Of a stretch of DNA of 64,000 nucleotides, positions 8,706-17,019 are shown in pieces. This stretch comes from Chloroflexota bacterium (GTDB taxonomy: Bacteria > Chloroflexota > Anaerolineae > UBA4142). The position numbers and the translations under genes are program-made. Position 1 is the stretch's first letter. Each line of letters starts with the position of its first letter. Where the stretch lies: contig JBBITT010000001.1 in the NCBI GenBank assembly GCA_037440625.1, positions 133,913-197,912 on the forward strand, given 5' to 3'. Below the pieces are notes generated by a model, which made no database searches, was not told the DNA's origin, and worked only from the letters and a program-made list of their open reading frames with translations.

Positions 8706-10133
8706 TTACGCTAGATCGTGCAGCGCAAGACGCGCGGCGTGATAGCCGCACATGCCATGCACGCCGCCGCCCGGCGGCGTTGACGACGAGCAAAGATAAA
8801 TGCCTTTTGCCGGCGTACGATAGGGGTGCAAACTCCATGTGGGCCGTGTGTAGAGTTGCCGCAAGTCTGCCGCGCCGCCATTAATGTCGCCGCCGATGTA
8901 GTTGTTGTTGTGTGTTTCGAGCCACGCCGGCGTCATCGTATGTTGCGCCATAATGCGATCACGAAACCCCGGCGCAAATCGTTCGATTTGTGCGATCATT
9001 CGCTCGGTCATATCGAAGGTCGAACCGTTGGGCACGTGGCAGTATGCCCAAACGGTGTGCTTGCCAGCCGGCGCGCGCGTTTGATCGAACAGTGTTTGTT
9101 GCACGACGAGGATGTACGGTTTTTCCGGCGGCTTGCCCTCCGCCGTCTCGCGTTCTGATTGCGCAATCTCGGCGAGGGTGCCGCCCACATGCACAGTCCC
9201 CGCGCGTTTGCATGTCTCCGCTTTCCACGGGATCGGACCGTCCAACGCAAAATCGAGTTTGAACACCCCCGCGCCGTACCGGAATTTTTCAAGCGTGCGA
9301 CGATAACCATCGGGCAAGCGCTTGCCCGCAATCTTGAGCAACTGCTTGGGCGTTACGTCGAACAAGTATGCGCGCGCGTTGGGTAATTCATCAATGGATT
9401 CAACGCGATGATTCACCACGATTTCGCCGCCGAGCGATTGAAAATATTTGCCCAGCGCGTTCGCCAGATTTTGCGAACCGCCTTTGATGAGGGGCCAGCC
9501 GGAAACGTGGGCGGCAACGCCTAACGCCAAGCCATATGCGGCGGTCGTCAAATTTTCCAACGGCAACATGGTATGCGCGGCGATGCCGGCAAACAAACCG
9601 CGCGCGTGTTCATCGCTGAAAAGAAATTCCGCAAGCAGGCGCGCCGGCACGATAGCAGGGAGTGCAAAACGCGCAAATGTGAACGGATGACGCGGCGGAA
9701 GCGGCAAGGGTCCTAGCAAATCTTGATTCAACTTGTCGGACTCGCGGACGAGCGGCTCGATCAAGCGACGATAATTCGCTCCATCCTTACCGAGCGTGGC
9801 GCATGTTGCCTCAATCGAACGATAAAGTACCGCCGCCGTACCATCGTCGAGCGGGTGGGCGAGTGCGGCATCGGGATAGATCAACTCGACGCCCTGGTCG
9901 GCGAGCGGAATCGTTTTGAAAAATGGCGAGACAACGGTGAGCGCCTGCACGGTCGAACACATATCGTGAACGAAACCTGGGAGCGTCAACTCAGCGGAGC
10001 GAATGCCACCGCCAATTGTTTCGTTCGCTTCGTATACCACGACCGAATGTCCCGCGCGCGCGAGGGTAATCGCGGCGGCAAGCCCATTCGGTCCCGCGCC
10101 GATGATGATAGCGTCATATTTTTCGCGTGACAT
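8706..10133 (-). CDS. Phytoene-desaturase-family (CrtI-like, COG1233) NAD(P)/FAD oxidoreductase
   Basis: YDAIIIGAGPNGLAAAITLARAGHSVVVYEANETIGGG dinucleotide fold and C-terminal GGGVHGMCGY. ATG at 10133 is preferred over TTG at 10172. Confidence 0.75.
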   Translation of the reverse strand: MSREKYDAIIIGAGPNGLAAAITLARAGHSVVVYEANETIGGGIRSAELTLPGFVHDMCSTVQALTVVSPFFKTIPLADQGVELIYPDAALAHPLDDGTAAVLYRSIEATCATLGKDGANYRRLIEPLVRESDKLNQDLLGPLPLPPRHPFTFARFALPAIVPARLLAEFLFSDEHARGLFAGIAAHTMLPLENLTTAAYGLALGVAAHVSGWPLIKGGSQNLANALGKYFQSLGGEIVVNHRVESIDELPNARAYLFDVTPKQLLKIAGKRLPDGYRRTLEKFRYGAGVFKLDFALDGPIPWKAETCKRAGTVHVGGTLAEIAQSERETAEGKPPEKPYILVVQQTLFDQTRAPAGKHTVWAYCHVPNGSTFDMTERMIAQIERFAPGFRDRIMAQHTMTPAWLETHNNNYIGGDINGGAADLRQLYTRPTWSLHPYRTPAKGIYLCSSSTPPGGGVHGMCGYHAARLALHDLA

Positions 10134-10184
10134 TTTCAGATTGGATTTTATGCTGATTCTTTCTAACCGCAAATAAAGAGCAAA

Positions 10185-11384
10185 TTATTTTTTCTTCAAC
10201 CACAAACTCACACTTGCTGGTTGCATCGTTTCGTTCACCACGTTCAATAATTCCCCAGTCAACTTTTCCAACTCGACTTCATCGCGCACGGTCACCGCAA
10301 AACTTTCCAAGACTTTTTGTGCGTCGTACTTGCGGCGATAAAAGCGATGGTCAATGGTGTCTTGCACGCGGTTACGCAACGGGTTGAACAAGGCGGCAAT
10401 CACGAGTGTCGAGATGATAATCGCCAAATCGTCGCCAGCGCCCGTTATTGTGCGGAAAATTTGTTGCAGAACGACGACTGCGCCGAAATAAAATAACGCC
10501 AGTGTCGCGGTAATGATGGAGTAAATCAGGGTGCGGCGAATGAGGATGTCGATGTCAAAGAGTTGGTGGCGCACAATAGCGATGCCGATCGAGACCGGGA
10601 GAATGGAAAACGCAAGCGCCTCTTTGACACTCTCCCAGACACCGGGCAATTCATAGATGATGTCGCTAACTAGATACACGCCGAACAAGAGCGTTCCAAA
10701 GAAAAACCACTTGAGCTGTTTTCGTTCGACGCGGGTCGATTTGCGATAACGCACGATGATGGACAAAACTCCCACAAAGAGACTTGCAAAGAGCGTATAC
10801 ACGGCAACATTCGTCAACAGGGTGACAATCTCGCCGACCCACCCCTCAATGCCAAAGGGGTTTTCGATTGGAACCATCCCCGAAATCCCCGGCATCGCCC
10901 AACCGAGTCCAAGCGCGATGGCTAATGCCGCTAATGCAATCCAAGCGACCGGACGCCAGCGCCGCGAAGGAAGTTCTCCCGTCGGGAAAAGGTATAGCAC
11001 GAAAGAAAACATGGCAATCCCTAGAACCCATCCGATTCCCGCGAATGCCAATGCTTCTGCCGCCATCGGCAACGAACCCGGCTCAATCAGCATGCCATGC
11101 GTCACATAGGCAATCCCAAAGTTTTCCAAACAAAAACCTAATCCCAATGTGAGCCAAATCCAGCCATAAAGGTTGCGCGGCATCTTGAACGCAATCACCA
11201 TTCCAACGAGAACAGCTGGTAGTGCCGACAGTGCATAAACCAGGCGCGAATCGGTTTGATTGAATGCCTCAACCGTCAAAGTGGCTTCGCGCCCCATCCA
11301 GATCAAAACAATCGTTGCGCCGACCAGCAGAAAAGATACCGCTGTCAGCCCAACTACAAACGTGCGACGGTTTCGTTCCATCAT
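10185..11384 (-). CDS. Sensor-like polytopic membrane protein, paralog copy 1 (no kinase/output domain)
   Basis: Start moved to ATG 11384 (AGGAGAG 5 nt upstream). FPTGELPSRRWRP, ERKQLKW, DIDILIRRTLIYS, FNPLRNRVQDTIDHRFYRRKYDAQ and ETMQPASVSLWLKKK are shared with copies 2-4. Confidence 0.8.
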   Translation of the reverse strand: MMERNRRTFVVGLTAVSFLLVGATIVLIWMGREATLTVEAFNQTDSRLVYALSALPAVLVGMVIAFKMPRNLYGWIWLTLGLGFCLENFGIAYVTHGMLIEPGSLPMAAEALAFAGIGWVLGIAMFSFVLYLFPTGELPSRRWRPVAWIALAALAIALGLGWAMPGISGMVPIENPFGIEGWVGEIVTLLTNVAVYTLFASLFVGVLSIIVRYRKSTRVERKQLKWFFFGTLLFGVYLVSDIIYELPGVWESVKEALAFSILPVSIGIAIVRHQLFDIDILIRRTLIYSIITATLALFYFGAVVVLQQIFRTITGAGDDLAIIISTLVIAALFNPLRNRVQDTIDHRFYRRKYDAQKVLESFAVTVRDEVELEKLTGELLNVVNETMQPASVSLWLKKK

Positions 11385-11397
11385 TGTTTCTCTCCTG

Positions 11398-11452
11398 TCT
11401 TCTTGAGCCACAAACTCACACTTGCTGGTTGGGTGGTTTTGCACCAGTCAAC
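11398..11452 (-). pseudogene. Solo 3'-end remnant of a fifth paralog directly upstream of copy 1
   Basis: 11408-11431 is 24/24 identical to 10200-10223, the 3' coding end of copy 1. It reads QPASVSLWLKKT in another frame. CCAGTCAAC further upstream also matches, with an internal deletion between. Confidence 0.6.
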
Positions 11453-11525
11453 GGACAAGCGCGGCGAGGATGAGTGAAATCATCATCACCGCGCTGAATT
11501 GCAAACCCACTCAGTATCACACTTA

Positions 11526-12287
11526 TTACTTCTGCATCCCACGCTTGAACACATTGGCGAGCCACCGAAACGGCGTGAGCAACAAATAGACGACGGTCCA
11601 AAACGCGGCGTTCTTGAAAATGTTGGTCCACTTGCCCCACTGAACTTTGGGGTCGATGACATCTTTCTTCGCTTCGACGCGTGCTTCAACGCCAAGATGT
11701 TTCGCCAGCGCGGTCAACACGTGTGTCCACGTTTTGTCCTGCTGCTGCGATGAGCCAAAGAATCGATAAAAGAGTTCGTACAGCGGGTCGCTGGCGCGCA
11801 CCATTGGTTGGACTTGCGCGAACGCGACGCCGTCTTCCTCAAACGCGCTGAACGTGTTCCACCCGGCTTCGGGAAATCCTTCCGGCGTCATCACCGTGAA
11901 TGAGGTGTCGTCCGCGTAGAGAATCATCACGCCCGCGGCGACCGGCATTATCGCGGGCATTCCCGGAAACGGCGGAACCTTGCCGTCGATAAGAATGATG
12001 CTTCCCGGCTTGATGCCTTGCATCGATGGATAGAAATGATTTTCCGGCGGCTGGAACTTGGGAAAGTTTTCCTTCCACACTTGCATCACTTGCGCCGCCG
12101 ACATCTTGACACCATCGAGTCGGACGCGGTACGTTTTTTGCACGAGTTGTCCAAAGCCCTGAAGCGGACTCTGAACTTGGTGCCCATCGACGTTTATATT
12201 TGTCGCGCCCGCCGGCACGTCGGTCACTTTTAACTTATCGACCGGTTGCGCCCAGTTGCCGGCATCGCGCGGTTGATTTTGAGTCAT
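11526..12287 (-). CDS. Hypothetical protein with C-terminal TM helix (possibly DUF1990-like)
   Basis: 253-aa ORF on the operon strand, ATG at 12287. C-terminal hydrophobic helix AAFWTVVYLLLTPF. Family assignment is uncertain. Confidence 0.5.
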   Translation of the reverse strand: MTQNQPRDAGNWAQPVDKLKVTDVPAGATNINVDGHQVQSPLQGFGQLVQKTYRVRLDGVKMSAAQVMQVWKENFPKFQPPENHFYPSMQGIKPGSIILIDGKVPPFPGMPAIMPVAAGVMILYADDTSFTVMTPEGFPEAGWNTFSAFEEDGVAFAQVQPMVRASDPLYELFYRFFGSSQQQDKTWTHVLTALAKHLGVEARVEAKKDVIDPKVQWGKWTNIFKNAAFWTVVYLLLTPFRWLANVFKRGMQK

Positions 12288-12304
12288 TAGTTTTTCCTGT
12301 TTCT

Positions 12305-12350
12305 GCCACAGGCAGAGAGCGCAAAGTTTTTTCTTTGTGATCCCTGTGGC
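12305..12350. repeat. Degenerate copy of the CCACAGnGATCACA hairpin element
   Basis: 8-bp inverted termini GCCACAGG/CCTGTGGC. On the reverse strand CCACAGGGATCACAAAG resembles CCACAGAGATCACAGAA at 24583-24599. Confidence 0.4.
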
Positions 12351-12736
12351 TAATCTGCTTTGAGCCGTATCAACCCGCCGATGTAATGCGGATCGACCTT
12401 GAACGTAATTCCCGATCCCGCGATCTTGCTCATCTTTTCTAGCGTCGCGGGATTCGGCGTTCCAAAAATCTCGATACTGATTGGCTCGATAAACTCGTAC
12501 GTTTTCTTCGAACGTTTGTCCGCGCCTTGCAACTGCTGATCGAGCGCATCCGCGTTTGGAAAAACACGTACGATGGTTACTTCGGTCGCATCGGCGTTTT
12601 CGTAGGCGAGTTGCGCGAGCGTGTTGGATTTGTTCGCTTCGATAGTCGGCACGCTGTTGTGATAGTGCGTCCGAAACTCATCGGCCTTGTCTGGCTTGAT
12701 ACGATTGCGGCTGATGAACACGATTGGGGCAGTCAT
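12350..12736 (-). CDS. Hypothetical small protein (possible ABM / dimeric alpha-beta-barrel fold)
   Basis: 128 aa, starting 6 nt after the SRPBCC stop. The pattern resembles antibiotic-biosynthesis-monooxygenase-like domains. Weak call. Confidence 0.45.
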   Translation of the reverse strand: MTAPIVFISRNRIKPDKADEFRTHYHNSVPTIEANKSNTLAQLAYENADATEVTIVRVFPNADALDQQLQGADKRSKKTYEFIEPISIEIFGTPNPATLEKMSKIAGSGITFKVDPHYIGGLIRLKAD

Positions 12737-12742
12737 CTGTGC

Positions 12743-13183
12743 CTACATTTCGGATTCGATCAACTGCTTGATGTTACGCGCGCTCCGCTCCACCATACCT
12801 GTAATCCAACTCTTCATCGATTCATCCATATCGGGAAACTCTGCGTGGATCGTGAGCGTTGTTTGCTTTTCGTTTTCAACCTTAAAGGTCACCCACCCGC
12901 GCGTCACGCTCGGACCGTCGTGAATTTTCACTCCGATAATTTTGTTGCGTTCAAATTCCACGACCTCCATCGTGCCATCAACGGGCGTCCCGCTGTGAGT
13001 GTTGCGTCTACGAATGACCGTCCCGACGCCGATTGGTCCCTCAGATATTTGTTCGAGTTGCATGTCGGGATCCCAGCGCGGATGATTGCGGACATGCTCA
13101 TCGGCGTAGAAATGAAACACCTTGTCGATGGGGCGGTCGATCACTTGCGAAACTTGAAGTTGGACTGGCATATATTTCTCCAT
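12743..13183 (-). CDS. SRPBCC (polyketide cyclase/START-like) ligand-binding protein
   Basis: 146 aa. IDRPIDKVFHFYADEHVRNHPRWDP is the typical SRPBCC N-terminus. The start overlaps the STAS stop (TAATG). Confidence 0.7.
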   Translation of the reverse strand: MEKYMPVQLQVSQVIDRPIDKVFHFYADEHVRNHPRWDPDMQLEQISEGPIGVGTVIRRRNTHSGTPVDGTMEVVEFERNKIIGVKIHDGPSVTRGWVTFKVENEKQTTLTIHAEFPDMDESMKSWITGMVERSARNIKQLIESEM

Positions 13184-13527
13184 TACACATTTGCAACGGC
13201 TTGCGCTTCGGAATCGAAAATCTTGATCGCTTCGTTGAGCCGCGTCAGCGCAAAGATTTGCTTGTAATGATCGTTCAAGCCGTACGCCAGCAATTTTTGC
13301 TTCAGACGATTGGCGCGGATTAACATCGTTACCAGCAAGCCGATGCCGGAACTGTTCATATATTCCAGTCCACTAAAGTTCAAGACGACGCCGCGTGTGC
13401 CGTTACTCGCTTGAGTGTACGCATCGGTCAAGATGTTTTCGGCGGCGGCGGTTACCTCGCCTTGGATGTCAATGATGCCCACTGCGCCCACTTGCCGTAC
13501 GTTCATCAATACTTTGGCATTTGCCAT
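13183..13527 (-). CDS. STAS-domain anti-sigma-factor antagonist (SpoIIAA/RsbV-like), copy 1
   Basis: VLNFSGLEYMNSSGIGLLV contains the phosphorylatable Ser context. 114 aa. Confidence 0.8.
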   Translation of the reverse strand: MANAKVLMNVRQVGAVGIIDIQGEVTAAAENILTDAYTQASNGTRGVVLNFSGLEYMNSSGIGLLVTMLIRANRLKQKLLAYGLNDHYKQIFALTRLNEAIKIFDSEAQAVANV

Positions 13528-13602
13528 TTTGCTCCTCTCCCGGAATTGGAATTTGTTGTGCTCGAATTTTTTCTTGATCCATCAGAACGCAAGTCAAAGT
13601 AG

Positions 13603-13643
13603 GAAGGCGGAAGTATGAAAGATTTTTTCATACGTCATCCTTC
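13603..13643 (-). other. Composite hairpin in the 121-nt spacer between the two STAS genes
   Basis: GAAGG/CCTTC outer stem plus GTATGAAA/TTTCATAC inner stem with a 5x5 internal loop. Lies 5 nt after the STAS-2 stop. No clear U-tract. Confidence 0.3.
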
Positions 13644-13648
13644 TGAAT

Positions 13649-14002
13649 TCATTCTTTATTTCCCAGCGCCGACGCTTCATCGGGAAAGACGGTCATAAAA
13701 TCCGAAAGGCGCGTGATTCTGAAAATCTCTTGGTAATGCTCACTCAAGCCGTAAACTAACAAACGAATGCCAGCGCGCCGCGCATTCGCCAGGATGCCGA
13801 CGATGAGCGCGATCCCTTTACTGTTGATGTAATCCACGTCGGTAAAATTCAAGATGATGGTTTGGGGGTTTTCGCGGGTGGCTTGGGTGTACGCTTGATT
13901 CAGCAAGGGTTCTTCGGCAAAGGCATCAATTTCACCGTGCAAATCAATGATGGCGGTGTGATTGACATACCGCACCTGGGCGCGAAATTCTCTAGTTTGC
14001 AT
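13649..14002 (-). CDS. STAS-domain anti-sigma-factor antagonist, copy 2
   Basis: ILNFTDVDYINSKGIALIV retains the Ser. The start overlaps the PP2C-kinase stop by 11 nt. Confidence 0.8.
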   Translation of the reverse strand: MQTREFRAQVRYVNHTAIIDLHGEIDAFAEEPLLNQAYTQATRENPQTIILNFTDVDYINSKGIALIVGILANARRAGIRLLVYGLSEHYQEIFRITRLSDFMTVFPDEASALGNKE

Positions 14003-15602
14003 ATTTACCTTCTTTCAAATTTAGCACGAGTTCAAAGGTGTTGCTATCGTCGCTAGGAATGATATTCATTTCGTCTACCAGATTCTTGATGAGGAACAAA
14101 CCCCAGCCACGCGGCGATTGCAAGCCGGCAAGTTTCGCTTCCAAATCTGGGGTGGGGGTGTTGGGGATTTCTTGCCGCCCGCCTTGATCGGTGATGCGAA
14201 CTGCCAATTGCCCGGCTGATTTCATCACGCGAATCGTCACCACCAAGTCGCCCCGATTTTGGTTGCCATATTCGATGGCGTTCATGGTAGCTTCGGCGAC
14301 GGCCGTCTTGAGTCGTTCGAGGCGCTCGGTGGATAGACCCAGGGGGCTCACCGCTTCTTCGACGCCCCGCATCGCGATGCGTTCATTGCCCGGCTCGCTG
14401 GGAATTGTAAAATCGGCGATGGTGATCCAATCGCGCGCCGCTTGCGCGCGCTGGCTTGGCGCACGATGATCGTGTCGCACGGCGACGAGTGTCACATCGT
14501 CTTCCTGTTCCCAGCCGGGTTCGGTGAAACTTGCCAGATCGTCCAACAACGAACGAATCAACGCCGTGCCCTCGTGATCGCGAATCGTGACCAATAATTT
14601 TTGCAATCGCGGAAAACCGTACATTTCGCGTTGGGGGTTGTGCGCTTCAACCAAGCCGTCGGTGTACATCAACAAACTATCGCCCGGTTCTAGCACCGTT
14701 TCTTTTTCTTCGTACTTCATTCCCGGCATCAAACCGAGCGGCATGCCGGTCGCGCGCAACTCTTCGACCTGCTCACGGCAGCGACGGTACGGCAGATCGT
14801 GTCCCGCGTTGGCGTATTGCAATTTGCCGGTGGACGGATCGAGAATGGCGTAGAGGCAAGTGATGAACATCGACGGCGGAATTTCCGGGCAAATCAAATC
14901 GTTTGAGCGTTCGAGCGCCGCACCGGGCGATAACATCCGGCGCGATGCGCCGCGCAAAATTGCGCGCGTCGTCGCCATCACGAGCGCGGCGGGCACGCCT
15001 TTGTCCGTCACATCGCCGATGACGATGACGAGCCGTCCGTCCGGGCGTTCGTAGCAATCGTAGAAATCGCCGCCGACCGCGCGCGCGGGTTGATAATGCG
15101 TGGCGATTTGCCAGCCGTCGATCTTCGGCAATTCTTTCGGCAAAAGTGTTTGCTGAATCAAACGCGCGACTTGAAGTTCTTGCGCCAAGCGCTCCATCTC
15201 GCGTGCTTCGATTTGTTGTTGCCGCACGAGTTGCGCCACGCGCACGGCGGGCCCGGCTTGACTGGCGAGGTTGTTGAGCAACCCGCGATCATCGCTGGAG
15301 TAATCTTGCTCGCTGAGACGCGGACCCAGATTCAACAACCCGACGAGTTCGCCTTGACTGACAAGTGGCACTGCCAAACGAACGCCGGCAGTCTTGAGCG
15401 CACGCAACATCGGCGAATCAAAGTTGAGACCCGCCGCATCGAACACGCCGGGATGACCTTGTAAAAAAATCGTGAGCGGATCGTTCGGCGTAATGTCGAA
15501 CGCGCGGATAGCGTCCGGTGGTAATGGACGCGGCGGCGGCGTGGGTGACGATACCATTTCTTGGGAATTGGTTTTGGAAAATCGAGTAATGTTTTTTATC
15601 AT
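13992..15602 (-). CDS. GAF-like / PP2C (SpoIIE) phosphatase / RsbW-type HATPase fusion protein
   Basis: VPLVSQGELVGLLNLG (GAF-like), AVGGDFYD...VIGDVTDKGVPAAL...TDGLVEA (PP2C) and C-terminal EATMNAIEYGN...VRITDQG (anti-sigma kinase fold). Confidence 0.8.
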   Translation of the reverse strand: MIKNITRFSKTNSQEMVSSPTPPPRPLPPDAIRAFDITPNDPLTIFLQGHPGVFDAAGLNFDSPMLRALKTAGVRLAVPLVSQGELVGLLNLGPRLSEQDYSSDDRGLLNNLASQAGPAVRVAQLVRQQQIEAREMERLAQELQVARLIQQTLLPKELPKIDGWQIATHYQPARAVGGDFYDCYERPDGRLVIVIGDVTDKGVPAALVMATTRAILRGASRRMLSPGAALERSNDLICPEIPPSMFITCLYAILDPSTGKLQYANAGHDLPYRRCREQVEELRATGMPLGLMPGMKYEEKETVLEPGDSLLMYTDGLVEAHNPQREMYGFPRLQKLLVTIRDHEGTALIRSLLDDLASFTEPGWEQEDDVTLVAVRHDHRAPSQRAQAARDWITIADFTIPSEPGNERIAMRGVEEAVSPLGLSTERLERLKTAVAEATMNAIEYGNQNRGDLVVTIRVMKSAGQLAVRITDQGGRQEIPNTPTPDLEAKLAGLQSPRGWGLFLIKNLVDEMNIIPSDDSNTFELVLNLKEGKYAN

Positions 15603-15611
15603 CTTGCCTCT

Positions 15612-15656
15612 CTTGTACCAAACTATCGTTCAGAAAACGTTACGGAAAGCGTTACG
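15612..15656 (-). promoter_or_regulatory. Triple-heptamer direct repeat plus TA-hexamer in front of the PP2C operon (candidate SARP operator/promoter), site A
   Basis: Plus strand: CGTTCAG 15627-33, CGTTACG 15638-44, CGTTACG 15650-56 (spacing 11 and 12 nt). TACAAG on the minus strand (15612-17) lies 9 nt beyond the last heptamer. 28/36 identical to site B. Confidence 0.55.
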
Positions 15657-15683
15657 GGAATTTAGTTCAATAGTTGAAAAGTT

Positions 15684-15756
15684 CGATAGTGCGATAGTTG
15701 CTTGGTCGTATCCTTAACCATCAAACGATTGCACTAACGCACTATTGCACTATTTT
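15684..15756 (-). repeat. ATAGT/ACTAT octamer palindromic element straddling the stop codon of paralog 2
   Basis: Tandem octamers TCGATAGT-GCGATAGT pair (8+4 bp) with ACTAACGC-ACTATTGC-ACTATTTT. Same architecture as 21554-21630. On the minus strand CTTTTC follows. Confidence 0.55.
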
Positions 15757-17006
15757 TTAAGCCACAAACTGACATGCGTCGGTTGCATCGTTTCATCAAC
15801 GACGCGCAGTAACTCGCCCGCCAATTTTTCCAATTCGACTTCGTCGCGTACCGTCGCCGCAAATTGGGCGAGGATTTTCTGTGCATCGTACTTGTGGCGA
15901 TAGAATCGCTGGTCAATCCAATTTTGCACCCGCTCACGGAGTGGGTTGAACAACGCGGCGATAACGAGCGTTGAAATGATGATTGCCAAATCGGATGATT
16001 GTCCAGTGAGGATACGGAACACTTGCTGTAGCAAAATGATGATTGCCATGTAGACAATGACCAAGTTCGCGGTCAGCACACCATAGATCAAGGTGCGGCG
16101 GATAATAATGTCAATGTCCCACAGCCGATAGCGCAGAATGGAAAATCCAAGCGCGATAGGAATTAGCAGAATAGACCAAGCAAATAACGGTACGCCGATG
16201 AGGTGGTACAAAATATGCGCGCTGCCCGGCGTTTGTAAAGCCGGGATGACCAACGCGGAACCGATGTACATTGAAATACCGGTGGCAGATCCGGCAAACG
16301 CAAACACTACCCACTTGGTCTGCTGGCGTTCGGTGGGGGTTGCCATATACCGATAACGATACAATTGCACGATCACGCCACTGATAAACATGAGGGCAAA
16401 AGCCGAAACGGAAAAACGGACATCCAGATCGAACAAGTTGATGCGGCGGTCGAACAGCGAGAGAAACGAATAGGTGAGGAGGATTGGCGCGGCAAAGCGG
16501 GTAATGCGCGGGACAAACTGACCATCGGGAAAAAGATAGAAACAGATAAAGAACGCACTCCATCCGAACGCTTGGAGCGCGTGCACCGGTGTCTCCAAAA
16601 TCGAACCGGGGACATCGAGGGCGCGGATCGTGCTGGGAATGATTGCGCCAAAGACGATGAGTGTCAGCGAGGCAAAGAGTGCAAGGGGTTCATCGGTCTT
16701 GCGCCAAAAGATCATCAAGCCGATGCTGCTAAAGGCAAGCAGAAACAGACATTCCAGCACTATAAAGTACCACGCGTACGCTTCGAGGGGGATGCTCAAG
16801 CGGGCTAACAATACCGCTTCGTACGCCGCGAGTTGGGCATTCCAATCATTGCCCACGGGCGTTGTCGTCAAGAGTTGTTTCCAACGGGCGGGAAGCGCGA
16901 GGATGAACAAACTATACGTCGTGACGACAAGGGTGGCCCAAACGCCGCGGGCTAGGATGAGACGCCAACCACGCAAATGAATTGTTACCCCATCACGAAA
17001 AAACAT
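15750..17006 (-). CDS. Sensor-like polytopic membrane protein, paralog copy 2
   Basis: ATG at 17006 with GAGGGGGAG RBS. IFWRKTDE, FPDGQFVPRITRF, ERQQTKW, RYRLWDIDIIIRRTLIYG, FNPLRERVQNWIDQRFYRHKYDAQ, ETMQPTHVSLWLKK. Confidence 0.85.
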   Translation of the reverse strand: MFFRDGVTIHLRGWRLILARGVWATLVVTTYSLFILALPARWKQLLTTTPVGNDWNAQLAAYEAVLLARLSIPLEAYAWYFIVLECLFLLAFSSIGLMIFWRKTDEPLALFASLTLIVFGAIIPSTIRALDVPGSILETPVHALQAFGWSAFFICFYLFPDGQFVPRITRFAAPILLTYSFLSLFDRRINLFDLDVRFSVSAFALMFISGVIVQLYRYRYMATPTERQQTKWVVFAFAGSATGISMYIGSALVIPALQTPGSAHILYHLIGVPLFAWSILLIPIALGFSILRYRLWDIDIIIRRTLIYGVLTANLVIVYMAIIILLQQVFRILTGQSSDLAIIISTLVIAALFNPLRERVQNWIDQRFYRHKYDAQKILAQFAATVRDEVELEKLAGELLRVVDETMQPTHVSLWLKK

Positions 17007-17019
17007 TGCTCCCCCTCGC

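Noticed and set aside
12527-13267. 246-aa plus-strand ORF
   Set aside because: It lies antisense across three short, tightly coupled minus-strand genes (ABM-like, SRPBCC, STAS) that have recognisable folds.
15661-15756. Short tandem ATAGT/ACTAT octamers as a possible CRISPR or tandem-repeat array
   Set aside because: There are only 2-3 units per arm, no spacers and no cas genes. They are better explained as the arms of a palindromic hairpin element.
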